A stretch of 64,000 nucleotides of DNA, taken from Methanomassiliicoccus sp. (GTDB lineage: Archaea; Thermoplasmatota; Thermoplasmata; Methanomassiliicoccales; UBA472). The position numbers and the translations under genes are program-made. The stretch's first letter is position 1, and each line of letters begins with the position of its first letter. The stretch is from assembly GCA_004525545.1 (NCBI GenBank), contig SPCU01000001.1:3468-67467 (forward strand). The letters are read 5' to 3'. Shown here in pieces: positions 39,049 to 49,418 of this stretch. The notes below the pieces were generated by a model. That model did no database searches. It had not been told where the DNA came from and worked only from the letters and a program-made list of their open reading frames with translations.

Positions 39049-39684
39049 ATGGAATGGGCTCGTTGGAAGCCGATCTACCTTGATATCCTGGCTGATTTCG
39101 GATATGATGCTAGAGCGGATGTAGAATCCGCAATGGTCCTTGCGAAACTTGTCGAGAACAGACGAATGATGAATTTTCGTACAATTGTCGATAATTTTGG
39201 AAGCCGGGTGTCGATATGTGGGGCGGCGGCATCGTTAGAACACGAACTGAGCAGAATGTCAAGTGATGACACGCTTATCTCGGCCGGCTCGGCCACAGGA
39301 AGGATGATGCGGCAAGGGATCATGCCAGATATCATTGTTTCCGATCTAGATGGCGACGTACAATATGAGATCGAAGCTAGTTCAAAGGGGACGCTCACCT
39401 TTGTCCACGCTCACGGGAACAATATCGAATCGATCGAGCGTTATGTACCGATGTTGAAAGGCCCTGTTATTCCAACGGTTCAATGCCAGCCTTTTGGCAT
39501 TGTATATAATTTTGGAGGATTCACCGATGGTGACCGGGCTTATATGATCGCCCGTCATTTCGGGGTCGAGAACATTCGAATGATAGGTTGGGATTTTGAC
39601 CGGGCTTTTCCCAAGGAAGATAGTGACCCCTTCATCAAGAAAAAAAAACTGATGTGGGCAAAGAAACTGATCAATGATTTTTAA
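39049..39684 (+). CDS. mptE: 6-hydroxymethyl-7,8-dihydropterin pyrophosphokinase (MptE/DUF115 family)
   Basis: W...Y..I..DFGY, VSDLDG, VHAHGNN, NFGGFTDGDRA, KKKKL.WA. Confidence 0.8.
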   Translation: MEWARWKPIYLDILADFGYDARADVESAMVLAKLVENRRMMNFRTIVDNFGSRVSICGAAASLEHELSRMSSDDTLISAGSATGRMMRQGIMPDIIVSDLDGDVQYEIEASSKGTLTFVHAHGNNIESIERYVPMLKGPVIPTVQCQPFGIVYNFGGFTDGDRAYMIARHFGVENIRMIGWDFDRAFPKEDSDPFIKKKKLMWAKKLINDF

Positions 39685-39974
39685 TGCATTTCTTCGAGCA
39701 TTGCAAATAATAAACAATAGACGAAATAATATCATTGTGAAAATTTTTTCATATTGCCAATGATTGATACTGATTTGCCATCATAATGACAATATTATTG
39801 GCTAAATGTTGGATAACAAACAGTCCAAATTGGTCAAAAATGTAGTAGCTATTTCACCATACTGGATACCCTTTTTGTAGGTCTAGAATCGACAAAGGTA
39901 TTTATAGCAACAAATTGCATACAAACGTCAATCTCCCAATCATTTATTATCACAGGGAGAAAGGAGGATTAAGA

Positions 39975-41873
39975 ATGGAAGGAAGTGAAATCAAACCTGA
40001 GGCAGCGGCCAAGGGTGGCATGAACATCAAGTTAATAGCCATTATTGTAGTGGCTGTACTAGTTATTGCCGCCGTGGGTGTCGTGCTGCTGATGGGTGGA
40101 GATGATGAGCCCGAACCAGAGGCTACGAACTGGTTGGATAAGGGCTTTAAACTTGAACTATTCTATAACTCAGGGAACGACGTCAGGGCTTTAGCCTGCC
40201 AATTAATGAAGCAGGGGCTTGAGGCCTTGAACCCCGGTAAGATCGATATAACAACTACCGGAGTCGAGTGGGCCCAGTACCTTGAGCTCAGGAAGAACGG
40301 AGCCATGCCCGCCATGTTCCTTGGATGGGCCCCTGACTACGCGGACCCCGATAACTATGTCCAGCCGTTCTATCATTCAGCTGGGACATATTCCAGCATG
40401 ATAGGATACTTCAACAGCACGCTGGATGACATGATCGTCGAGGCCCAAGGGATTCTGGATCTCGATGACAGGGCCGCAGCCTACGAAGCAATGGAGATGG
40501 ATATGTACGAGGAGTGTGTCTTCATATGGACCGCTCAGGCTACCCAGTTCCACGCTGAGAGGTCTTGGATCAGCGGTTACTACTTCAACCCCATGCAATC
40601 CGGTCTGGTATACTACTCATTCGACAAGCCAGATGTCGCTCCAGCTGGAGCCCCGAGTAGCTACGATGGGGACACATTCGTCATGGCCACAATAGATGGT
40701 AACCCAGAGAGCCTGGACACCGCAGTCGGCTACGAGACCGCCGGTGGAGAGATCATGCAGAACGTTTACGAGAACTTGATCTTCTACAACGGTACCTCCG
40801 CATCCGAGCTTATACCGGTTCTAGCATCCGAGGTTCCTACCGTTGATAACGGCGGCATCTCCGAGGATGGTCTTACCTACATCTTCCACCTGAAGGAGGA
40901 TGTAAAGTTCCATGACGGCACTGACATGACCTCCGAGGACGTGAAGTACAGCCTGGCCCGCGCGCTAATGCTGAACGACCCTCATTCACCGGTCTGGATG
41001 GTAGGGCAGGTCACCATACCCGACTACTATTCATACGACCAGGGTTCCTACAGCGGTAGTGAAAACGCAACCTTCACCCCCGGCATCCCCGATGATGTCA
41101 TCGACGCAGCCATATGGGCATCGGACGACTACACCATACAGATCAACCTGACCAGCGCCTACCCGGCCTTCCTATACGTGATGGCCTACAACATTGGCGG
41201 TGTAATGTCCAAGGACTATGTGGAGGCCAACGGAGGTATCAGCTACGATGGTTTCCTGTGGATGTATAACCACATGTGCGGAACCGGTCCCTACCAGTTC
41301 GTCGAGTGGGAGTCAAGCAATTATATCAGCATGGTCCGCTACGACGAATACAGGGACGGGCCCGCGGCCATTAAGAACGTCGTCATTCAACAGATTGCCG
41401 ACGCCGCCACCAGGATCCTGCTGCTGAAGGCTGGAGATGTGGACTGCGCAGCCGTGCCCAGGTTCCAGAAGGCCGATGTCGAGGGTGTTGTAGGAATCAA
41501 CGTCACCCAGGGCATAGGTACCTTCAACATCGACTTCCTGGGTCTGAACCAGGCTCTGAACCTGACCGCTCTGCCCAACCCGGAAAAGACCAACGTGCCG
41601 GCGGATTTCTTCGCCGACAAGAACGTTAGGCTGGCCTTCGCTCATGCCTTCGATTACGCAAAGTACATCGATTCGGGTCTGAAGGGCACCGCCATACAGC
41701 CGAACGGTCCTATCCCAATGGGTATGTTCGGTTACTCGGCAAATATCCCGCTATACGACTTCAACATGACCAAGGCAGCCGACTTCTTGAAGGCTTCCGA
41801 TGTTCCGGCTGTTGATGCGGGTGCTGGCGCCGATACCGTGTTGGATATGATCATAGCCAGGATCGAAATTTAA
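39975..41873 (+). CDS. Peptide/nickel ABC substrate-binding protein (family 5), circularly permuted
   Basis: N-terminal TM anchor; SLD, YENL, KFHDG, GTGPY and GW.PDY.DP motifs present in rearranged order; SD AAGGAGG. Confidence 0.85.
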   Translation: MEGSEIKPEAAAKGGMNIKLIAIIVVAVLVIAAVGVVLLMGGDDEPEPEATNWLDKGFKLELFYNSGNDVRALACQLMKQGLEALNPGKIDITTTGVEWAQYLELRKNGAMPAMFLGWAPDYADPDNYVQPFYHSAGTYSSMIGYFNSTLDDMIVEAQGILDLDDRAAAYEAMEMDMYEECVFIWTAQATQFHAERSWISGYYFNPMQSGLVYYSFDKPDVAPAGAPSSYDGDTFVMATIDGNPESLDTAVGYETAGGEIMQNVYENLIFYNGTSASELIPVLASEVPTVDNGGISEDGLTYIFHLKEDVKFHDGTDMTSEDVKYSLARALMLNDPHSPVWMVGQVTIPDYYSYDQGSYSGSENATFTPGIPDDVIDAAIWASDDYTIQINLTSAYPAFLYVMAYNIGGVMSKDYVEANGGISYDGFLWMYNHMCGTGPYQFVEWESSNYISMVRYDEYRDGPAAIKNVVIQQIADAATRILLLKAGDVDCAAVPRFQKADVEGVVGINVTQGIGTFNIDFLGLNQALNLTALPNPEKTNVPADFFADKNVRLAFAHAFDYAKYIDSGLKGTAIQPNGPIPMGMFGYSANIPLYDFNMTKAADFLKASDVPAVDAGAGADTVLDMIIARIEI

Positions 41874-41900
41874 ACCTCTTCCCGTTTTAATTTTTTTTAT
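41872..41900 (+). terminator. Poly-T terminator/attenuator between the SBP and permease genes
   Basis: AAACCTCTTCCCGTTTTAATTTTTTTT. Confidence 0.5.
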
Positions 41901-41967
41901 AAACCTATTAACTACATGGGAAAAAACTGATCAATAGTGAAATCCAGGCAAGCGGAGTTTGAAGCTA

Positions 41968-42984
41968 ATGAGGTTGCTCAATTACATTATTAGAAGATTG
42001 CTGTTGCTGATTCCAGTTCTTCTTGGGGTCTCGATAATCGTATTCACACTGACCCGAATAACAGGCAACCCTGCGGCCGCTTACATCAACGAAAAGATGA
42101 GCCAGAGTCAGATCGATCAGGTCTTCGAAAGATACCATTTCGATGAACCGATCTGGACCCAGTTCATTTATTGGTTACAGGGGGTTATTCAAGGGGATTG
42201 GGGCTGGTCCAGGACCGCTAGTCTGCCTGTCACCGATGCCATTTTAAAATATTTCCCAGCTACGTTCGAATTGACCATCCTTAGTATCATCATTGCCGTT
42301 GTGATAGGCATATTATTGGGAATGAGTTCGGCCGTTCGACGTAATAAACCGTTCGATCACGTGACCAGAGTGGTCTCTTTGATAGGTGTGTCCCTGCCTA
42401 TTTTCTGGTTGGCATTGATACTTCAATTTGTTTTCTATTACCAATTAAAATGGTTCCCTGCTGGCGGACGTTACGATATATCGTTCATCATAAGCGGGGT
42501 TCCACGTTTTACGGGTTTTCTGCTGATCGATTCCTTGATGGTCGGTAATTTCAATTTGTTCTTCAATGGAATATACCATCTGATATTGCCCGCGGTCACC
42601 TTATCGTTCGGCACCATTGCCATAGTCACAAGGATCATGCGCAACAGTATGCTAGAGGTGCTTAATCTTGATTATATCAGGACCGCTCGGGCCAAGGGTC
42701 TGAGCGATCGTTCGGTCATTTGGAAGCACGCGCGAAAGAATGCCATGATACCTACAACCACCGTTATAGGATTGGCTTTCGGAGGACTGCTCGGAGGTGC
42801 GGTCCTGACAGAATCCATATTCTATTGGCCAGGACTTGGGAGATGGTCGGCCAATTCGATCAGAGTACTGGATTCCACGTCCGTCATAGGTTTCTGTCTA
42901 TTGGTGGCCTTCATTTACGTCATAGTGAACCTTGCAGTTGATGTCATGTACGCCTATCTTGACCCAAGAGTTCGTCTGGGGTGA
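41968..42984 (+). CDS. Peptide ABC transporter permease (DppB/OppB)
   Basis: YIIRRLL, PATFELT, DYIRTARAKGL (EAA), YAYLDPR. Confidence 0.92.
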   Translation: MRLLNYIIRRLLLLIPVLLGVSIIVFTLTRITGNPAAAYINEKMSQSQIDQVFERYHFDEPIWTQFIYWLQGVIQGDWGWSRTASLPVTDAILKYFPATFELTILSIIIAVVIGILLGMSSAVRRNKPFDHVTRVVSLIGVSLPIFWLALILQFVFYYQLKWFPAGGRYDISFIISGVPRFTGFLLIDSLMVGNFNLFFNGIYHLILPAVTLSFGTIAIVTRIMRNSMLEVLNLDYIRTARAKGLSDRSVIWKHARKNAMIPTTTVIGLAFGGLLGGAVLTESIFYWPGLGRWSANSIRVLDSTSVIGFCLLVAFIYVIVNLAVDVMYAYLDPRVRLG

Positions 42985-42990
42985 GCTTAA

Positions 42991-44007
42991 TTGAAGATAA
43001 TTAAGAGTAAAGCGAAGAGTTCCGGTAAAGCAAAATCACAGAAGGTGAGCCCCACCAAACCTGGATCGGCATCAATGACAGCCCTCGGATTAGGTGGGCT
43101 GTCGCAGGAATTGAGACCCAGGATAAAGGAGCTAAGGAACTCTCTAAGCCTCATTCGAGAGAACATCACTGCAATGATGGGGCTCATCATGGTCCTGAGC
43201 ATAGTCATTATTGCATTATTGGCACCAGTCATCGCCCCTCCAGGCCTTGGAGACCCGATGGTGATCCCTAAAGATTTTGGCGACCCTCAACCACCTGGAG
43301 CCCCAGGTCACCTGCTCGGAACAGGAAAATGGGGTTCGGACATGCTCTATGGATTGGTGTGGGGTGCCAGAACTTCCATCACCATCGCAGTTTTCGTAGT
43401 GTTCACAGCTATGATAGTGGGCATTATGCTTGGAGCATTGTCCGGATACTACGGAGGTAAGGTAGACGATATCATAATGCGTCTGACGGACGTTTTCCTA
43501 TCATTACCGGCGCTGATATTGGCCATGGCCATAGCTTCTATCTTGGAGCGTACACTGATCAATCTTATGTTGGCGTTGATCATTGTTTGGTGGCCGCCAT
43601 ATGCTAGATTGATACGGGCACAGGTGCTGTCGGTCAAGGAGAACACCTATGTCGAAGCAGCGAGAGCGATAGGTGCTAGCCGAAATCGCATCCTGTTCAA
43701 GCATATCGTGCCAAACTCCCTCTCACCCATCATAGTGAGCGTGACCATGGACATGGGCGCGGTAGTACTGGTCGCCGCAGGCCTAAGCTACATAGGTTTC
43801 GGTGTGGAGACAGGATATGCCGAATGGGGACGTATGGTCTCCGATGGTCAACAGTTCTTCCTTAGCACCGTTTATTACCTAGGGGAACCGATCAATCCCT
43901 GGTGGGTGGTCGTCTTCCCTGGTACTATGATATTACTGTTCACTATGGGCTTCAGTCTATTGGGTGATTCGCTGAGGGATATTCTCGATCCGAGATTGAG
44001 GAGGTAA
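42991..44007 (+). CDS. Peptide ABC transporter permease (DppC/OppC)
   Basis: HLLGT, GARTS, YVEAARAIGA, GDSLRDILDPR. Confidence 0.92.
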   Translation: MKIIKSKAKSSGKAKSQKVSPTKPGSASMTALGLGGLSQELRPRIKELRNSLSLIRENITAMMGLIMVLSIVIIALLAPVIAPPGLGDPMVIPKDFGDPQPPGAPGHLLGTGKWGSDMLYGLVWGARTSITIAVFVVFTAMIVGIMLGALSGYYGGKVDDIIMRLTDVFLSLPALILAMAIASILERTLINLMLALIIVWWPPYARLIRAQVLSVKENTYVEAARAIGASRNRILFKHIVPNSLSPIIVSVTMDMGAVVLVAAGLSYIGFGVETGYAEWGRMVSDGQQFFLSTVYYLGEPINPWWVVVFPGTMILLFTMGFSLLGDSLRDILDPRLRR

Positions 44008-44011
44008 AATC

Positions 44012-45436
44012 ATGGACGAAGACACCATATTGCAAATAGAGGACCTTTACCTCAATTTCTACACCAAGGCTGGAGTGGTAAAAGCCATTGATGGCGTCAC
44101 ATTGTCGATCCGCAAAGGTGAGACGTTCGGTCTGGTGGGAGAGAGCGGTTGCGGCAAGAGCGTGACAGCCAACTCGGTGATGGGATTGATACCCACCCCG
44201 CCAGGCAAAATCGAGAAAGGGGCCATCAAGTTCGTCACGCCTATCGAACTGCTCAAAAAGATCGGTCAACGTAAGGAAAATATCTTGGACAGACTGCTCA
44301 AAAAGATCGGTCAACGTAAGGAAAAGAATCGAAGGGATTACATATCTCCGGACAACCAACGTATGGTTAACATTCTGAAGCTGGATAGGAAGGAGATACG
44401 TTTGATACGGGGTAAGGCCATATCCATGATCTTCCAGGAGCCGATGAGCGCCCTCAACCCTGTATTCACAGCCGGGGACCAGATATCCGAAATTATCTTA
44501 TTGCATGAGAAGAAAGAACTGGCCGAATCCGTGCTCAAGAGATTGGACGAGGAACGCAAGCGTGCCGATACCTATACAAAGGTGTCCATGAAGAACGGCG
44601 ATAAAGGAACTTTTCACTGTTCCAGCTGCAATGCGACCGTCCAAGAGGACCAGACCACGTGTCCCCAATGCGGCGGTAGTTTCGTTCGTAGTACATTTAG
44701 GAAAATGGGTGGACCGAAATACTCGTTCTATAAACGGATCTATACCAAGATGTCCACCAACCCGGATTCAAAACAATTCGTGTTCATGTCCATGATACCC
44801 ATAATGAGGAGGTATCAAAGGCCCATGAAGATGGAGGCCAATGCTAAGGCTCTACGCATGTTACGTCTGGTCAGGATACCCGACCCGAAGAACGTATTGA
44901 AATCCTACCCTCACGAACTGAGCGGGGGCATGCAACAGAGGGTCATGATCGCAATGGCTCTAGCCTGTAAACCGCAATTGCTGATAGCCGATGAGCCCAC
45001 CACCGCCTTGGATGTGACCATACAGGCCCAGATACTGAAATTGATGCAGGAGCTACAAGATGAGATGGGGACGTCCATTCTCATGATCACCCACAATCTG
45101 GGGATCATAGCCGAGACCTGTAGCAGAGTGGGCGTCATGTACGCGGGCAACATAGTGGAAATGGCGGATAAGGCCAGCATATTCAAGGAGCCGCTACATC
45201 CGTACACCCAAGGTCTGATGAACTCCATACCCAACGTGGCCGTTCAATTGGAGCGATTGGAGACCATCCAAGGGAACGTACCTAACCTCATCAAACCACC
45301 CAGCGGATGCCGTTTCCACACCCGGTGCCCATATGCCATGGAATATTGCAAATTAAATAAACCAGAGAACAAGGAAGTGAGGCCCGGCCATCTAGTGGCC
45401 TGTCACCTATACAACGGAGGTGGGTCAAGTGGATGA
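44012..45436 (+). CDS. Peptide ABC ATP-binding subunit (DppD/OppD) with insertions
   Basis: [25 protein letters not shown]-terminal [12 protein letters not shown]. Confidence 0.92.
   Translation: MDEDTILQIEDLYLNFYTKAGVVKAIDGVTLSIRKGETFGLVGESGCGKSVTANSVMGLIPTPPGKIEKGAIKFVTPIELLKKIGQRKENILDRLLKKIGQRKEKNRRDYISPDNQRMVNILKLDRKEIRLIRGKAISMIFQEPMSALNPVFTAGDQISEIILLHEKKELAESVLKRLDEERKRADTYTKVSMKNGDKGTFHCSSCNATVQEDQTTCPQCGGSFVRSTFRKMGGPKYSFYKRIYTKMSTNPDSKQFVFMSMIPIMRRYQRPMKMEANAKALRMLRLVRIPDPKNVLKSYPHELSGGMQQRVMIAMALACKPQLLIADEPTTALDVTIQAQILKLMQELQDEMGTSILMITHNLGIIAETCSRVGVMYAGNIVEMADKASIFKEPLHPYTQGLMNSIPNVAVQLERLETIQGNVPNLIKPPSGCRFHTRCPYAMEYCKLNKPENKEVRPGHLVACHLYNGGGSSG
44248..44325 (+). repeat. 33-bp perfect direct repeat (44248-44280, 44293-44325) inside dppD
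   Basis: ACTGCTCAAAAAGATCGGTCAACGTAAGGAAAA twice at a 45-bp period, encoding [10 protein letters not shown] twice. Confidence 0.9.
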
Positions 45437-46520
45437 TATCCTGATCGAGTGCCGGGGGATGAAGAAGCACTTCCCTATCCGCGGCGGGCTTCTCAACCGC
45501 AGTATAGCCAGCGTCAAAGCCGTTGATGATATCAACCTAGTCGTCAAAAAGGGCGAGACAGTCGGTCTAGTAGGAGAAAGCGGCTGTGGCAAGACCACCG
45601 CTGGCCGATGCATGCTCATGCTCACCAAACCGACCAGTGGACATGTCTATTACAAGATGCCCGAGAACATCAGAGAGGATTTGATAGACCGGGAGATGGA
45701 ACTGGGCGATAATATCGATGGTAACAGGAAAAAGGGCCGGAGGGGCAGGGTATTAGACCCACGCTACCAATCAATCCTGAACCAATATGCCCTGGACGTC
45801 AAACCAGATGACGAGCTGCGTCGCTTGAGGAAGGACATGCAGATCGTTTTTCAGGACCCATACTCGTCACTGAACCCCCGTATGCTCATTAAGGACATTT
45901 TGGCAGAACCGCTAGTTGTGCACAGTATAGGGCAAAAGAAGGAGATCGCTGAAAAAGTGGCCATGATGATGGAGAAGGTCGGTCTCGGACAGGATCACAT
46001 ATACCGTTACTCGCACGAATTTAGCGGAGGGCAGAGACAAAGGATCGGTGTCGCAAGGGCGCTCATGCTGAATCCCGACCTGGTGGTGTTGGACGAACCG
46101 ACCTCGGCCCTTGATGTTTCAGTGCAAGCACAGATACTGAACATGTTGAACGACCTGCAGATCGATTTCAATCTCACCTATATCTTCATCTCCCACGACC
46201 TAAGCACCATACAATACATGTGCGACCGGGTCTGTGTGATGTATCTGGGAAAGGTGGTCGAGTCGGCAGAGAAGACCGAGCTCTTCAAACACCCCACCCA
46301 CCCCTATACCGAAGCATTGCTGAGCTCGATACCCGTCCCGGATCCAGACGTGCACCTCAACCGTATCCTGCTCTCGGGAGACGTACCAAGCCCGGCCAAT
46401 CCGCCAAAAGGATGTCGGTTCCACACAAGATGTCGCTATCGAGAAGCAATCTGTGAAGATGTCGAACCAAAATTAGAGGATAAGGGCAATGCTCATTTCG
46501 TAGCCTGTCATTTCCGTTGA
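45429..46520 (+). CDS. Peptide ABC ATP-binding subunit (DppF/OppF)
   Basis: [38 protein letters not shown] start after SD GGAGGTG. Confidence 0.92.
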   Translation: MDDILIECRGMKKHFPIRGGLLNRSIASVKAVDDINLVVKKGETVGLVGESGCGKTTAGRCMLMLTKPTSGHVYYKMPENIREDLIDREMELGDNIDGNRKKGRRGRVLDPRYQSILNQYALDVKPDDELRRLRKDMQIVFQDPYSSLNPRMLIKDILAEPLVVHSIGQKKEIAEKVAMMMEKVGLGQDHIYRYSHEFSGGQRQRIGVARALMLNPDLVVLDEPTSALDVSVQAQILNMLNDLQIDFNLTYIFISHDLSTIQYMCDRVCVMYLGKVVESAEKTELFKHPTHPYTEALLSSIPVPDPDVHLNRILLSGDVPSPANPPKGCRFHTRCRYREAICEDVEPKLEDKGNAHFVACHFR

Positions 46521-46525
46521 TGTAC

Positions 46526-46843
46526 ATGGCTAAAAAAAGGGTCATCATCGTCACCAAAGAGGAAGAAGAAGAGGCCGAGCCATTACATTCCAAACGGTCC
46601 ATGCAGGCCTCCATCCCCTGGCCCGAATGGACCAAACTTTACTTCCTTAGGTATTGGTACTTCGTTGTCTGCGCCTTGATCGATACGTTCGTTCCTTTGG
46701 AAGTTTACAGATTGATAGACGAGTCATACGATTATGTGGCAGCATTCCTGTTACTGGCCGTTTTTCTCCTGGTGCAGGTGTTCATCTATTTGCGTCTGTG
46801 GGGAAAGAACGGTCCTTGGAGTCCGGTCGAAATCGAGGAATGA
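46526..46843 (+). CDS. Hypothetical two-TM membrane protein
   Basis: Charged N-terminus and two hydrophobic helices. Confidence 0.6.
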   Translation: MAKKRVIIVTKEEEEEAEPLHSKRSMQASIPWPEWTKLYFLRYWYFVVCALIDTFVPLEVYRLIDESYDYVAAFLLLAVFLLVQVFIYLRLWGKNGPWSPVEIEE

Positions 46844-46913
46844 TTTGCCATCTCTGTTCTCTAAAGTCAGTTAATTTATATTCTGACCACGATTTGCCAA
46901 AGGGAGAAAGTAA

Positions 46914-47297
46914 TTGACAGTAGTAAATATTGAGGATGTGGTCAATGCATTGTCCAATACGATGGGCAAGAAGGGCATGTCCCATGAGGACTTGGAGAAG
47001 CTCGCTGAGTACATCCTCTCGTTTTTCGGTTATACGGACGAGGTCATAGACAATCGTCTCACCTCGGAAGACCGTGACGTTTTCTATATGCTGGAGGAAG
47101 AAGGTTTCCTTACCACCACACAGGAGGAGGTGCACCTCAAGAAGGGGAAGCTGTGGCGTATTCATTACTGGATCCTGAAAAAGGACCAGATCAAACGCAT
47201 GGCGAACAAGGTGGAGGGAGCCCCCTTGGACCCTAACGATCCCAAAACCTTGTATGAAGGCATAGCAGAGGACGTGTGGAAGACCCGAGAGCGTTAG
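46914..47297 (+). CDS. DUF6015-like conserved protein
   Basis: FFGY.DEVIDN.L..EDRDVFYMLEEEG.L..WRIHYW. Confidence 0.75.
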   Translation: MTVVNIEDVVNALSNTMGKKGMSHEDLEKLAEYILSFFGYTDEVIDNRLTSEDRDVFYMLEEEGFLTTTQEEVHLKKGKLWRIHYWILKKDQIKRMANKVEGAPLDPNDPKTLYEGIAEDVWKTRER

Positions 47298-47328
47298 GTA
47301 TTTTATACCCAGGCTCTGTTCCTGCCAA

Positions 47329-48945
47329 ATGATGTACGAAGACCTGTTGCTGGTCCTGTTCGCCATTATCGCATTCATTACCTTTGTGCGAATGGCTGAC
47401 CGTAAGGGATGGCTCAAGAAGTATGGCATGAGCGCCTACGGGCCATTCCTCATGTGGAGGACCCAAGGCGGCAAGGACTTCATCGATCGGCTAGCTAGAC
47501 CAAAGCGGTTCTGGCAATATTACGCCGTGGTTTCCAAATGGCTTTGCTTAGTGGTCATGTTCCTCATGATGGCGTTGTTGATCTGGGAGGCGACCATCGT
47601 CTATCGCATTCCTGCAGAGAGCGCCCCCGGTCCGGAGATGATCCTGGCCTTACCGGGCATAAACCCGATCATTCCCTTGTGGTATGGCATACTGGGTTTA
47701 GTGGTGGCCATCGTAATTCACGAGTTCGCCCACGGGATCCTCACCCGCGTAGGAGGCATGGCCATCCGCTCCATGGGAATTTTACTTCTCATCGTGCCTA
47801 TGGGGGCCTTCGTGGAACCGGACGATGAAGCTCTGGTCAAAGTGGAGAAACGTAAACGTATGAACGTTTACGCTGTAGGACCGGCCACGAACATCATCGT
47901 AGGTCTGGTATGCGCCCTCATATTCTCATCAGCGATGATGGCCAACGTTGAACCGGTAAGGGACAACCCGATCGTGATAAGTGTCAGCAACGACGGGCCA
48001 GCCGACATGGCAGGATTAAAGTTCGGAGCTCAGATCGTGGAGATAAATGATGTGGAGATCAGCTCATTCGAAGATTTCTCATCTTTTAACGCTCCAGACC
48101 CAGGGTCCAAGGTCAACGTCACCTATTATTTCAATGATGAGATATCAACAGCAACGATGACGTCCGGAGTGGTACTGACCACCATATCTGCAGGATATCC
48201 TGCCGATGATGCTGGAATGAGGTCCGGGATGATGCTCTATTCCCTCAACGATACCATGATCCTCAATGAGGATGGTCTGGTGAACGTTCTGAAACAGACC
48301 CATGGCGGTCAAACGATCAACGCCACTGTTCTTTCATACAACGAAGAGGTACAGGATTATGTGGTTGATGAGTCCGTCACATCTATCACTTTAATTAGCC
48401 GGCTGAATTATTACGAGACCGTAAGTCCAGCATCAATTGACGATGATTTCCAAGACTACGGGTTCATGGGCATCAACTCAGCATACTTGGGGGCCGGGGT
48501 GAACAGCCCCGAGGTCATCGTCGAACTTTTAGCAACCCCATACAAGGGAGCTGACGATTTCAGCTCGATAGTCGCGTCATCCATAGGATATATCGCCCTC
48601 CCGTTCCAGGGACTTTCCCCGATACAGAGCCCGGTCACTGACCTGTTCGAAGCTTCGGGAATATGGGGAGCCCTACCGGCGGATATATTCTGGATCCTAG
48701 CCAACAGTATGTACTGGATATTCTGGATAAATTTGATGGTCGGCCTTACCAACGTACTGCCGGCCGTACCACTGGATGGAGGTTTTCTCTTCCGCGATGG
48801 TATCGATTCGCTGGTCAAACGTTTCAAGGGGAGCGCCTCACAGGAAGAGAGGGTGAAGTACACCAATACGATCACCTATTTGCTGGCGATGTTCGTGCTG
48901 TTCCTGATCGTTTGGCAGCTCATTGGGCCGAGATTGCTGGGCTGA
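47329..48945 (+). CDS. Site-2 protease (M50) with two PDZ domains
   Basis: HEFAHG, GAFVEPD, AVGP, NVLPAVPLDGG; two PDZ-like segments. Confidence 0.92.
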   Translation: MMYEDLLLVLFAIIAFITFVRMADRKGWLKKYGMSAYGPFLMWRTQGGKDFIDRLARPKRFWQYYAVVSKWLCLVVMFLMMALLIWEATIVYRIPAESAPGPEMILALPGINPIIPLWYGILGLVVAIVIHEFAHGILTRVGGMAIRSMGILLLIVPMGAFVEPDDEALVKVEKRKRMNVYAVGPATNIIVGLVCALIFSSAMMANVEPVRDNPIVISVSNDGPADMAGLKFGAQIVEINDVEISSFEDFSSFNAPDPGSKVNVTYYFNDEISTATMTSGVVLTTISAGYPADDAGMRSGMMLYSLNDTMILNEDGLVNVLKQTHGGQTINATVLSYNEEVQDYVVDESVTSITLISRLNYYETVSPASIDDDFQDYGFMGINSAYLGAGVNSPEVIVELLATPYKGADDFSSIVASSIGYIALPFQGLSPIQSPVTDLFEASGIWGALPADIFWILANSMYWIFWINLMVGLTNVLPAVPLDGGFLFRDGIDSLVKRFKGSASQEERVKYTNTITYLLAMFVLFLIVWQLIGPRLLG

Positions 48946-49224
48946 TCAGAGACAGCATACCAATGCGATGGGGGCAGGGTCCTTTTTAGCGTGGTTGCAC
49001 TCTGAGCATAGCTCATAGTCCAAGGAACGAATGTTCTGATACGGATCGTAGATGGTCCCGCATTCCCGGCACTTCATGAATACGACAAAGGGTGGTTTGA
49101 ACTGGTTGCATTCGATCACCCTGCCTTGGTTAAAAGAGCTACAGTTCTTTTTTGAGCAATTATCGCAAAGGCTTCGCCTACGAATGTTGATCGCGCGGTG
49201 CTCGGAGACCTGTAGCTGCACCAT
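48946..49224 (-). CDS. Small Cys-rich metal-binding protein
   Basis: CDNC..C..C, CREC..CSEC, terminal CC. Confidence 0.6.
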   Translation of the reverse strand: MVQLQVSEHRAINIRRRSLCDNCSKKNCSSFNQGRVIECNQFKPPFVVFMKCRECGTIYDPYQNIRSLDYELCSECNHAKKDPAPIALVCCL

Positions 49225-49418
49225 ATACTCAAACTCCAGCAGTTACATTTCTGTGTTAACGATACATAAAACTTTTCAAGGACCCTCCTAAATCGCCAAA
49301 GAAATGACCGAAGATTTCATTTTAAAACCTTGATCGTGAAAATATCGAAATTCATTCTTTAGCGGTAAATATATAAAAAAAAGAAAAAGGAGGTGGGTGA
49401 AGCCCGACCGTTTCTCGC

